From NCBI RefSeq assembly GCF_035285525.1, contig NZ_JAYKGW010000039.1, forward strand, positions 80,094 through 112,093: a stretch of DNA of 32,000 nucleotides, read 5' to 3'. The notes below the pieces were generated by a model, which was not told the origin of the DNA, ran no database searches, and saw only the letters and a program-made list of their open reading frames with translations. The translations under genes were made by a program, and so were the position numbers. Every line of letters begins with the position of its first letter. Position 1 is the first letter of the stretch. Below, piece after piece: positions 18,113 through 26,508 of this stretch. This DNA comes from Okeania sp. GTDB lineage: Bacteria > Cyanobacteriota > Cyanobacteriia > Cyanobacteriales > Microcoleaceae.

Positions 18113-18260
18113 AAGTAGCATTTAGCACTCAGCTATTAACCGTCAGCTTTTCTAGATGCCTAATGGTGGATTCAAACCCTCATTAACACACACTATTAAT
18201 TTTTTCAAATCATAGTGGAGAAATTAAACCCTCTAATTTTTAGCTTATAGCTAGTTAAAA
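18113..18260. repeat. ~150-bp intergenic module, copy A
   Basis: It aligns along its whole length with 18381-18549 (same orientation, roughly 80-85 percent identity by eye). The ends are partly self-complementary (AGCATTTAGC... / ...GCTAAATGCT in copy B). Confidence 0.75.
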
Positions 18261-18269
18261 TTTTAGAGT

Positions 18270-18361
18270 CAGGACTTACGCTCCTGGTACTATATGTAGA
18301 GTTAAAAAACTATTGGGCTATAGTTTTAAGCGCTATATCTAGGGTCGCTGCGTAAGTCCTC
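18270..18361. mobile_element. MITE family A copy with 5-bp TSD, between the two ~150-bp modules
   Basis: The termini are CAGGACTTACGC ... TGCGTAAGTCCTC. It is flanked by AGAGT (18265-18269) and AGAGT (18362-18366). Confidence 0.8.
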
Positions 18362-18380
18362 AGAGTTTTATCTCAAATTG

Positions 18381-18549
18381 AAGTAGCATTCAGCACTCAG
18401 CTATTAGTAATCAGCCTTTCCAGTTGTCTAATGGGAGATTCAAACCCTCATTCACACACACTAATTTTTTCAAATATAGTAGGTAGGGGACTTAAACCCT
18501 CGAATTTTTCGCTGACAGCTAAATGCTGATAGCTGATAGCTAGTTAAAA
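18381..18549. repeat. ~150-bp intergenic module, copy B (169 bp)
   Basis: See 18113-18260. Confidence 0.75.
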
Positions 18550-18574
18550 CCTGCCATCTGAAATCAAATTACTT

Positions 18575-18916
18575 TTATGGTCTGTTTACTGAACGAACTG
18601 CAGTAGTGCTGTCACGGAACTGTTCTACTTCTTCTGTGTAACGAATAGGTAAAACATATTCTAGGTTTTCATGGGGACGAGCGATGAGGTGAGTTGACAT
18701 CACTTGGCCTCCATTTACCCGTCTCACGTTATCGACTCCTGCTGCTACTGAAGCTTGTACTTCTGATACATCTCCACGAATAATCACAGTTACGCGACCA
18801 CTACCAATTTTTTCATAGCCAACAAGGGTGACTCGTGCAGCTTTCACCATTGCATCTGCTGCTTCTACAACTGCGGGAAAGCCAAGAGTTTCTACCATCC
18901 CAACGGCAATTGACAT
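18575..18916 (-). CDS. ccmK1: Carboxysome shell hexamer protein CcmK (CcmK1-type, with C-terminal extension)
   Basis: 113-aa BMC-H protein ([54 protein letters not shown]). It is the second ccmK of the operon and 10 aa longer than the first, as with the K2-K1 order in Synechocystis. Confidence 0.85.
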   Translation of the reverse strand: MSIAVGMVETLGFPAVVEAADAMVKAARVTLVGYEKIGSGRVTVIIRGDVSEVQASVAAGVDNVRRVNGGQVMSTHLIARPHENLEYVLPIRYTEEVEQFRDSTTAVRSVNRP

Positions 18917-19033
18917 TATGTTTACTCCGTGATATTATTATCTGTTTTTTTACTTTTTTCTAGTCTATATATTGACTTTTACTAATTAATCTAAGTATCT
19001 TATACCTGCATCTCCAAGGCGGTCTATAGAATG

Positions 19034-19061
19034 GATAATTGATAATTGATAATTGATAATT
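19034..19061. repeat. Heptamer tandem repeat (GATAATT x4), STRR-like
   Basis: Direct reading. Related AT-rich heptamer runs lie at 231-262, 12506-12535, 13618-13638, 15345-15368, 15455-15478 and 19095-19128. Confidence 0.9.
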
Positions 19062-19222
19062 AATCCCCAGACATTTCCAGCCTCTTATTTTCAGAGGTAA
19101 TTATTCATTATTCATTATTTATTATCCATTAATGAAGCCTTATGACATAAGTTGTTAACTAAGTCAATTATCTAGACCAAATATTTATATTTAGATTTAG
19201 GATAAATTCCAGAAACTAAAAA

Positions 19223-19534
19223 TTAGTAAGTTCGGAACTGATCGACTTCTTCGGTATATCTAATTGGTAAGACATACTCCAAGTTTTCGTGGGGGCGAGC
19301 AATAATATGAGTTGATACTACTTCACCACCATCAACTCTCTTAGCAGACTCGATTCCGGCAGCAACAGAAGCTTGTACTTCGGAAACATCGCCCCGAACA
19401 ATTACTGTTACACGAGCGCTACCGATTTTTTCATAACCCACTAGGGTAACTCTAGCTGCTTTAACCATAGCATCAGCAGCTTCTACTACTGCTGGAAACC
19501 CTCTAGTTTCAATCATTCCCACAGCAATTGGCAT
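19223..19534 (-). CDS. ccmK2: Carboxysome shell hexamer protein CcmK (CcmK2-type)
   Basis: 103-aa BMC-H protein, first gene of the cluster. An AGGAGA sequence lies upstream of the ATG. Confidence 0.85.
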   Translation of the reverse strand: MPIAVGMIETRGFPAVVEAADAMVKAARVTLVGYEKIGSARVTVIVRGDVSEVQASVAAGIESAKRVDGGEVVSTHIIARPHENLEYVLPIRYTEEVDQFRTY

Positions 19535-20156
19535 TCTTTTTTCTCCTATTGACAGAAGTTTACTTAAGCATTGAGGCCACTATTGTCTCTAGATAGCTTT
19601 GTAGGGAATCCCCATTTTTATAATCAAAATCTATCAAATGCTATATTTTTCAGAATAGAGAAACATGGCACCCTTGACAATAGCAAGTATCATCATAATT
19701 CATAATTGCAGCGATTTAGAAAAATAAATTCCTTACTATTGAAGTTTCTATATTTAATAGTTAATTCAGCGATCCTCAACCCTTAGATATCAATCCTAAA
19801 ATTTTTTTTATTACTTTTGGGTCAATCCCCTTTTTTGAGAATAAACGAGTATATATACTCATAAAATAAGAGGAAACTGGGGAGTAGAGGAATACTTACA
19901 CAAGTATTTTTTTAAGATTTGAGACAGGGACGCGGTGACACGGGGACGCGGAGATTAGATAATGAGAAAGAATTAATGATTTATAGCAATGTGCGCACTT
20001 AATATTTACAACTTGTAGGAGGTGTCCAATAGCTAAAAGCCTTATATTATAAGCTATTCATTCTCCATATTGCCTGTTCCCTATTGCCTGTTCCCTGCAC
20101 GCAGCGCTATATATGCGATAATTAATATCATTTTTTATTAAAAGTCTATAGATATA

Positions 20157-22001
20157 ATGTTTGAGTTTCTCATTCAAAATTTTTGGTGCATACCTTTTTA
20201 TGGCTTAATTGGGTCAATTTTGACTCTGCCATGGTCAATAGGAATAATTAAACGTACTGGGCCAAGGCCAGCCGCTTATTTTAATTTGTTGATGACGTTC
20301 TTAGCCCTAGTTCATGGCTCTATCGTCTATCAAGCCGTCTGGAATCAAGAACCACAAGAAATAATATTTAACTGGTTAGAGACTGGAGATTTAAACCTAT
20401 CTTTTGCCTTCAATATCTCATCAGTCAGTATTGGGGCAATGACTGTAGTAACATCTCTAACTTTTTTAGCCCAAATTTATGCTTTGGGATACCTAGAAAA
20501 AGATTGGGCATTAGCTAGGTTTTTTGGACTAATGGGATTTTTTGAAGCTGCCATGAGTGGCTTAACCATAAGCGATTCTTTGTTCATATCCTATGCTTTG
20601 CTAGAAATGTTGACCCTTTCTACCTATTTAATTGTAGGTTTCTGGTATGCTCAACCTCTTGTAGTTACAGCAGCTAGAGATGCCTTTTTAACCAAACGGG
20701 TAGGAGACGTTTTACTTTTAATGGGAGTAGTTGCCATCTCCGCCTTAGCTGGTAGTATGAATTTTAGTGACCTCTATCTGTGGGCAGAAAGAGTAGAACT
20801 AAATCCAATAACGGCCAACTTATTAGGGTTGGCTTTAATTGCTGGACCAATAGGTAAATGCGCTCAATTTCCTCTACATCTATGGTTGGATGAAGCGATG
20901 GAAGGTCCAAACCCGGCTTCTATTTTGCGGAATACTATAGTAGTGGCGATTGGAGCTTATGTATTGATTCAAATTCAACCAATATTAATTATTTCTCCTA
21001 TTGCTTTAGCTGTACTGGTGGCTGTCGGAACTGTAACAGCGATTGGAGCTTCCTTAGTAGCTCTGGCTCAAATTGACCTGAAGCGTGCTTTGTCTCATTC
21101 TACCAGTGCTTACCTAGGATTGGTTTTCATAGCTGTGGGAACCCAATGGACTTCTTTTGGTTTGGTATTGTTGTTAGCACATTGTATTGCTAAAGCATTA
21201 TTATTTATGAGTGCTGGTGGTGTCATCTTAACTACTAATAGTCAAGACCTGACAGAAATGGGAGGATTAGGCTCTAAAATGCCTGCCACTACTACTTCTT
21301 TCTTAGTAGGAACTTTGGGGTTAATTGGATTATTACCTTTGGGTGGTTTTTGGGCATTGCGAGAAGGTTTAGATGCTTTTTGGATTATCGATCCTTGGGT
21401 AGTACCAGTTATATTATTGGTTAATTTCCTAACTGCTTTAAATCTAACTCGTGTATTTCGTTTAATATTTTTGGGTGAACCTCAACCTAAAACCAGACGC
21501 GCACCAGAAGTTCCCTGGACTATGGCTGTACCAATGGTATCATTAATAATTGTCACTCTGTTAGCTCCGGTAATTATGGAAAGTTTATCACTTTTACCTG
21601 ACTGGAATTATCTGAATGTAGCAGTTGTGATTTTGTTAATAGGATCTGGTTTATTAGGTGTGGTTATCGGTAGCACCATGCAGTTAGGTAGAACTTGGTC
21701 TCGCCCAATCCAAGCTCCTTTTCGTTTGGCTCAAGATTTGTTTGCTTATGATTTTTATGTCGATCGTCTCTACAATGTCACTATAGTTTTTGCAGTGAGT
21801 CAATTTTCAAAGTTGAGTGCCTGGATTGACCGTTATATTGTAGATGGAATTGTTAACTTGGTTGGTTTGGCGACGATTTTTAGTGGGCAAGGTTTGAAAT
21901 ATGGCGTTTCTGGTCAAGGTCAATCTTATCTTCTGACTATTCTACTCGGAATAGGTGTTTTAGGATATTTGGTGCTTTGGTTGATTGATTTCACCTTTTA
22001 A
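20157..22001 (+). CDS. ndhF3: NAD(P)H-quinone oxidoreductase subunit F, CO2-uptake type (NdhF3/NdhF4 class)
   Basis: The 614-aa polytopic ORF has the short-form NdhF length and the N-terminus (..LPWS.GIIKRTGPRPAAYFNLLMTFLA..) typical of NdhF3/F4 rather than the ~680-aa NdhF1. Its divergent placement next to ccmK favours ndhF3. The paralog call is not certain. Confidence 0.75.
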   Translation: MFEFLIQNFWCIPFYGLIGSILTLPWSIGIIKRTGPRPAAYFNLLMTFLALVHGSIVYQAVWNQEPQEIIFNWLETGDLNLSFAFNISSVSIGAMTVVTSLTFLAQIYALGYLEKDWALARFFGLMGFFEAAMSGLTISDSLFISYALLEMLTLSTYLIVGFWYAQPLVVTAARDAFLTKRVGDVLLLMGVVAISALAGSMNFSDLYLWAERVELNPITANLLGLALIAGPIGKCAQFPLHLWLDEAMEGPNPASILRNTIVVAIGAYVLIQIQPILIISPIALAVLVAVGTVTAIGASLVALAQIDLKRALSHSTSAYLGLVFIAVGTQWTSFGLVLLLAHCIAKALLFMSAGGVILTTNSQDLTEMGGLGSKMPATTTSFLVGTLGLIGLLPLGGFWALREGLDAFWIIDPWVVPVILLVNFLTALNLTRVFRLIFLGEPQPKTRRAPEVPWTMAVPMVSLIIVTLLAPVIMESLSLLPDWNYLNVAVVILLIGSGLLGVVIGSTMQLGRTWSRPIQAPFRLAQDLFAYDFYVDRLYNVTIVFAVSQFSKLSAWIDRYIVDGIVNLVGLATIFSGQGLKYGVSGQGQSYLLTILLGIGVLGYLVLWLIDFTF

Positions 22002-22010
22002 CTTCTCTGG

Positions 22011-22038
22011 AGTAGGGAGTAGGGAGTAGGGAGTAGGG
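22011..22038. repeat. Heptamer tandem repeat (AGTAGGG x4), STRR-like
   Basis: Direct reading. It begins 10 nt after the ndhF3 stop. Confidence 0.9.
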
Positions 22039-22153
22039 AACCCACCCCTAACCCCTCCCAGGAGAGGAAGTCAAGAAGGATAAAGAGTTATAGAGGAAGT
22101 ACACGGTTCCCGATAAATCGCCAAAATTATCGCTCCCCCAACTCTTACCCAGA

Positions 22154-22245
22154 CAGGACTTACACAAAGGTACTATATGTAGAGTAAAAAAACTATTGCG
22201 TATGGGGTTGGAAGCACTATATCTAGGGTAGCTGCGTAAGTCCTG
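22154..22245. mobile_element. MITE family A copy
   Basis: The termini are CAGGACTTACACA ... CTGCGTAAGTCCTG. The core is related to 6751-6841 and 18270-18361. Confidence 0.7.
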
Positions 22246-22255
22246 ATGACATAAG

Positions 22256-22349
22256 CAGGACTTACGCAACTGCAATGTATTTTTGTCCGATACGACCGAA
22301 GGGAAGCAATCTCAAACTCCTTTTTTTCCTACCTCATGGCTTTAGTCCT
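22256..22349. mobile_element. MITE family A variant (second end GGCTTTAGTCCT)
   Basis: It reads CAGGACTTACGCAACTGCAATG...GGGAAGCAATCTCAAAC...CATGGCTTTAGTCCT. The core is shared with 24246-24384 and, in inverted and shorter form, with 31683-31747. Confidence 0.65.
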
Positions 22350-22643
22350 AATAATAAGTTCTCAGGTAAAAAGTAGCCAGATTTTTGAAGCGATCGCCTT
22401 TTTTAGTCAAATAGAGCGATCGCCTCTCCTCTCATATAAAATCTGGTTGAACAGTCGTCATTGCCACAACACGAAGCAACTCCCTAAACCCCAAGGAAGT
22501 AGTTGGAAACATAGTCAAAGTAATTTTTATGCCTCGCTTTACCCAAAAATGCTTACTTTTTCAACTAAAATCACCAAAAAGTTAAGATTTTAAGCAAACC
22601 AAGGATCAAAAAATCAAAGAACAATTATTCCTTTTATTATTTC

Positions 22644-22974
22644 TAGGACTTACGCAAAGGCACTATATATAGAGCATCGGTGCGTTAGCGTCAGCGTAAC
22701 GCACCCTACTGGACTGTTTCATCTAAAATGGTGCATTAGTAGGGGCGGGTTTTAGCCAGAATTTTCATGGTTACTCCAAGACTTATATAAACCCGCCCCC
22801 TAGGACAGTGGGCTATATCATTAGAGGCGGGTTTAGCTAACTTACTTACGAAAACTTCTTGCACGGACGCCCTTATGCAACCTCCCTACTGTCAAACCCG
22901 CCCCTACCCTGCCTTCCTAATGCACCATTTAAGATAAAAGAGTCCACTACTAATAGCGTTCATGGCTTTAGTCC
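22644..22974. mobile_element. Triple-nested composite element (family A shell, inner palindromic element, family B core)
   Basis: The outer termini are TAGGACTTACGCA ... CATGGCTTTAGTCC. The inner inverted pair is GGACTGTTTCATCTAAAATGGTGCATTAG / CTAATGCACCATTTAAGATAAAAGAGTCC. The innermost element is GTAGGGGCGGGTTT...AAACCCGCCCCTAC (22739-22907). Confidence 0.7.
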
Positions 22975-23023
22975 CGATCTCTTTCTTCCTAGACTTCCCA
23001 CACTCCCCACACTCCCGATCTCC

Positions 23024-24184
23024 CTATCTAACTTCTGACTTCTGACTTGTCCGTAGCGCTACATCATTACGTTTCATTCTTTTAACTATGAAAGTAGCTA
23101 ATCCAGGAACAATTAAAATAAGAGTTAACATTCGAGTAAGTTGAATTGCCAAGACTAAACCTGCATCACCACCTAATTCATTAACTGTTGCAATCATTGC
23201 CTCTATTCCTCCAGGAGTAAAACTTAAGATAGAAGTAATTAAATCAACCTCAGTAAATTGATGAAACTCATAACCTACCGCCAAAAAACCCATAATTAAA
23301 ATTATTACCAGAATAATTTCAACAAAAATAGCTCTCCACAATTTTCGAGCATTTTCCCAGTCAAACTGAACTCCAATAGAAATCCCTACCAGCAATAACC
23401 CTACAGCAAATAACCATTGAGGAACCTGTAACTGGTATGGCGTTCCCCATAAAATAGTCAACCCCACAATAAAACTACCCAAAAAAGCAGAAGAAGGCAA
23501 ACGCAATTTTTTTCCGCCCCAAATACCTAAACCACAGCATCCTACTACTATTAATAAATTCCCCAACATAGGTACGCTGGTTTTACCTGATGCCAAAACA
23601 AAACTTGTAGTTTGACTTTGGTCAATAGCAGGAGATATTAGAATAGTTATCGTTGGTACAATGAACACCACTAATAAAACTCGCAAATATTGGAGGAGAG
23701 TAACAGCGATAGGATCTGCACCTAATTCTTCACTCATGGTGACAATAGCAGAAGCAGTACCAGGAATAGATGCCAGAAAACCTGTAGGACGACTAACTCC
23801 ACCCCATATAGATAACAGATAGCCTTTGAACATACTCAAAGCAGCAGTAATTAAAATAAATCCGACAACAGGAATAGCATAAGTAGTAGCTATACTAACC
23901 GTTTCTGGAGAAAAACGAAATGCTGTAGCCAGACCAATAACTGCTTTCCCCAGCATAATTATGATTTTGGGTAATGGTTGGGGATTACCTTTAATAATTG
24001 CATAGATAATTCCCGCAATCATTGGGCCTAGCAACCAACCAATAGGAACGTTGAGCCAGTTGAATATAAACCCTACTAAAATAGCCAAAATCATTGGGAT
24101 AATGACTGTTTTAATACTTAATAATTTGGAAGGAATTTCTTGGAGGTTTAACATCCTCAACAATATAAATAATGTGGAATACAA
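23024..24184 (-). CDS. AbrB-family membrane protein (AbrB-duplication / putative-ammonia-monooxygenase-type transporter-like protein)
   Basis: 386-aa polytopic ORF with internal duplication and PIGWLLGPMIAG / LPSSAFLGSFIVG blocks typical of this family. The start may be the Met at 24154 (MLNLQEIP...). Confidence 0.7.
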   Translation of the reverse strand: MYSTLFILLRMLNLQEIPSKLLSIKTVIIPMILAILVGFIFNWLNVPIGWLLGPMIAGIIYAIIKGNPQPLPKIIIMLGKAVIGLATAFRFSPETVSIATTYAIPVVGFILITAALSMFKGYLLSIWGGVSRPTGFLASIPGTASAIVTMSEELGADPIAVTLLQYLRVLLVVFIVPTITILISPAIDQSQTTSFVLASGKTSVPMLGNLLIVVGCCGLGIWGGKKLRLPSSAFLGSFIVGLTILWGTPYQLQVPQWLFAVGLLLVGISIGVQFDWENARKLWRAIFVEIILVIILIMGFLAVGYEFHQFTEVDLITSILSFTPGGIEAMIATVNELGGDAGLVLAIQLTRMLTLILIVPGLATFIVKRMKRNDVALRTSQKSEVR

Positions 24185-24245
24185 CTTCTGTCTATTTTAG
24201 TAGGTCTATAAATAATTTAGGTATTTCTATTTACAGTATAGAGTT

Positions 24246-24384
24246 CAGGACTTACCCACGCGCAACCTATTTCTGTCATGGCGCGACTCGCAGCTTTGCG
24301 TTAGCAAGCGACAGCGTTTACGGACCATGACCTCAGGAAAGCAATCTCAAACGTTGACATTGGGTTCCTCATGCGTAAGTCCTG
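24246..24384. mobile_element. MITE family A copy with 5-bp TSD
   Basis: The termini are CAGGACTTACCCA ... ATGCGTAAGTCCTG. It is flanked by GAGTT (24241-24245) and GAGTT (24385-24389). A further solo end, CAGGATTTACGCA, lies at 24398-24410. Confidence 0.8.
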
Positions 24385-24981
24385 GAGTTAATATTACAGG
24401 ATTTACGCACAATAAAAAATCATACACTATTTTGAAAAGTCTATCCATTAGCTACACTATTTCTTAATATTAAACTTGAAAAAAGAGAAAAGTTATGTAT
24501 TTGACATAAAATGGATATTTTGGAAGAATAAATGTTTTTAAATTCCTGAACATTTTGATAATATCATGCTAAAAATTACTCCCAAAAATCTGTTACATCC
24601 CGAATATCCTTTTGTTCCTAAAAATTTCCCGTTTTTCTATGGTTGGATAATTCTAATTGTTTGCACCATTGGAGTAATAATGAGTATCCCTGGTCAAACT
24701 ATTGGAGTTAGTGTTTTTACAGACCACTTAATAGCTGCCACTGGTTTGTCACGATTAGAATTGAGCAATGCCTATTTTATTGGTACTTTAACTAGCGGTT
24801 TACTATTGCCTTATGGCGGAGTACTATTAGACCGTTTTGGAGCCAGAATAACAGTTGTTTGCGCATCAATATTTTTAGGTTTAACCTTATTTTATCTCAG
24901 TTTTAGCGATCGCCTAGCCACCATCATAAATAATAAATTTCCGATAATTCCTTATTCAACTATTGCCCTAGTAATATTAGT

Positions 24982-25073
24982 CAGGACTTACGCAAAATAT
25001 CAGACCAGACACTATCTGTAGGGGCGAACGGCAGTTCGCCCCTACTATATATGCTGTTTATACGTAAGTCCTG
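24982..25073. mobile_element. MITE family A copy inserted in the MFS coding sequence, 5-bp TSD
   Basis: The termini are CAGGACTTACGCA ... TACGTAAGTCCTG. It is flanked by TTAGT (24977-24981) and TTAGT (25074-25078). It carries the 28-bp hairpin element GTAGGGGCGAACGGCAGTTCGCCCCTAC (25018-25045). Confidence 0.85.
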
Positions 25074-25156
25074 TTAGTATTAGGTTTTATCTGTCTGCTT
25101 GATGTCTCCAGGGGTTAAAACACGCTGGATTCTAAGCGGATTTGCTTATGGGGGCG

Positions 25157-26449
25157 CTATTGCCACCCAACGCACTGCTTACGATACTTTTTAGTTAAAT
25201 TATTCAACTTATATCGTTGTGGAAGCATCAAAACTTCCCTACCAACCTTAGCTAAGTCTAAACTTAGCTGTGCTGCTACTTTTCTTAAAATGTTGGATGC
25301 TCCATTAGCGTCAGCATTAATCAATTTGTCTGCTGCTGAACGGTACAAACCACGATTAACTCGCTTTCCTGATGGCTCGCACCTTTCGGGTTTTTCACCA
25401 AATGTCGGTAGAAAATCATCATCTAAAAAACTAGCCTTACTCGTATAACTTTCCTCGGTCTCAACAAACTTGATCCCATATTGCTCCGATAATTCAGCTA
25501 TTTTGGCTTTAAGCTTTGCTGTAGGTATTTGGACAAACTGTTGGTTATTCTTTTTGCCAATATTAATACTATCTTTTTGACCTTGATTCCACCCAAAAAC
25601 TATTGTACCTATTTGATGCTCAATACACCAGTTAATAACAAATCTGGCTGCTTTGTTCACATTATCCCGCATCTGACGATTGGGCTTTTCAGTAATAGCT
25701 GCTAACTTAGCATCCCAATAGTTACCAGGCTTACCTGCTTTGATTTTTGCTACTTGCTTATTGTACCATTGATTTTGAGACTTTATCTTTCTGCCATCAA
25801 CTATAAAAGCTTTTCCCACATTACTCACACAGGTTAGCCAATTACTCAAACCAGGGTCAATACCCAAAACATTTTCTGCTATTGGCTGACCTTTTTCTGG
25901 CTGTGGTTGCTTATAAGCAAATTCTAGATAGAAACAGTTATTTCTGGGGACGAACCTAAATTATTTAATTTGGTTGAAATCTAAGTTGCTAGGCATTGGC
26001 AATAAGAAACTATCAATACCAAACCATGCTTTGACTTGCTTACCTAGTGAAAATTTAAGCATTCCATTTACCAGTTTGACCCAACGTGCCGGATAACTAA
26101 CAACTGCTAAACCATCTTTTTTACGGTATTTTGGTGGTTTTGGCCTTTGTGTTAGTTCTCCTGATTTAAACATTTTGGCAAGTCTTGCATAGGAATTAAA
26201 AGACTCAATTACTGAATGTAATGTCTGTTGGGCACAAGCTGAACGCATAGCTTTAAAATGAGGATTACTTTTTAGCTGAAAATCTAGTTCAGCTTTAGAC
26301 AGAAAGCGCCCTACTTTAAACAGCATTTGACGGCAATAATAAATCCCGCAGTTAGTAAGCTTATTGGCTTCTGTACAAAGGTATTCAAGAATAGCTATTA
26401 CTTCTGGACTACTGTTGACCAGATGTTGTTGGCATCCGTACATTAACAA
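25157..26449 (-). pseudogene. tnpB: tnpB (RNA-guided nuclease of IS605 family) interrupted by one in-frame TAA
   Basis: ORFs 25961..26449 and 25157..25867 are in the same frame. The minus strand reads ..FNQIK-TAA-FRFVPRNNCFYLEFAYK.., with the stop at 25961-25963. The RuvC-like residues are present (GIDPG, VETEESYTSK, NADANGASNI). Confidence 0.8.
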
Positions 26450-26478
26450 TTACCTCCTGTAGATATAATAGCACTATT

Positions 26479-26508
26479 AAACATAATATGTCTACACTCA
26501 TTATGTTT
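26479..26508. other. Subterminal hairpin of the IS left end (AAACATAAT-N12-ATTATGTTT)
   Basis: A perfect 9-bp stem read directly, located 30-60 nt upstream of the tnpB start. IS200/IS605 elements carry subterminal hairpins in this position. Confidence 0.5.

Noticed and set aside
17435-18125. 160-aa and 104-aa plus-strand ORFs (17435..17917, 17811..18125)
   Set aside because: They are antisense to ccmM, the spacer and ccmL. Their composition is Cys/Phe/Ser-rich, which is not protein-like.
22048-22593. 75-aa (minus) and 85-aa (plus) ORFs downstream of ndhF3
   Set aside because: Both run through MITE or repeat sequence. Neither resembles NdhD3 or CupA or any family I recognise.
22680-22712. 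tRNA-like or riboswitch-like perfect hairpin GGTGCGTTA...TAACGCACC
   Set aside because: It is a single hairpin inside a MITE, with no cloverleaf arms or anticodon context.
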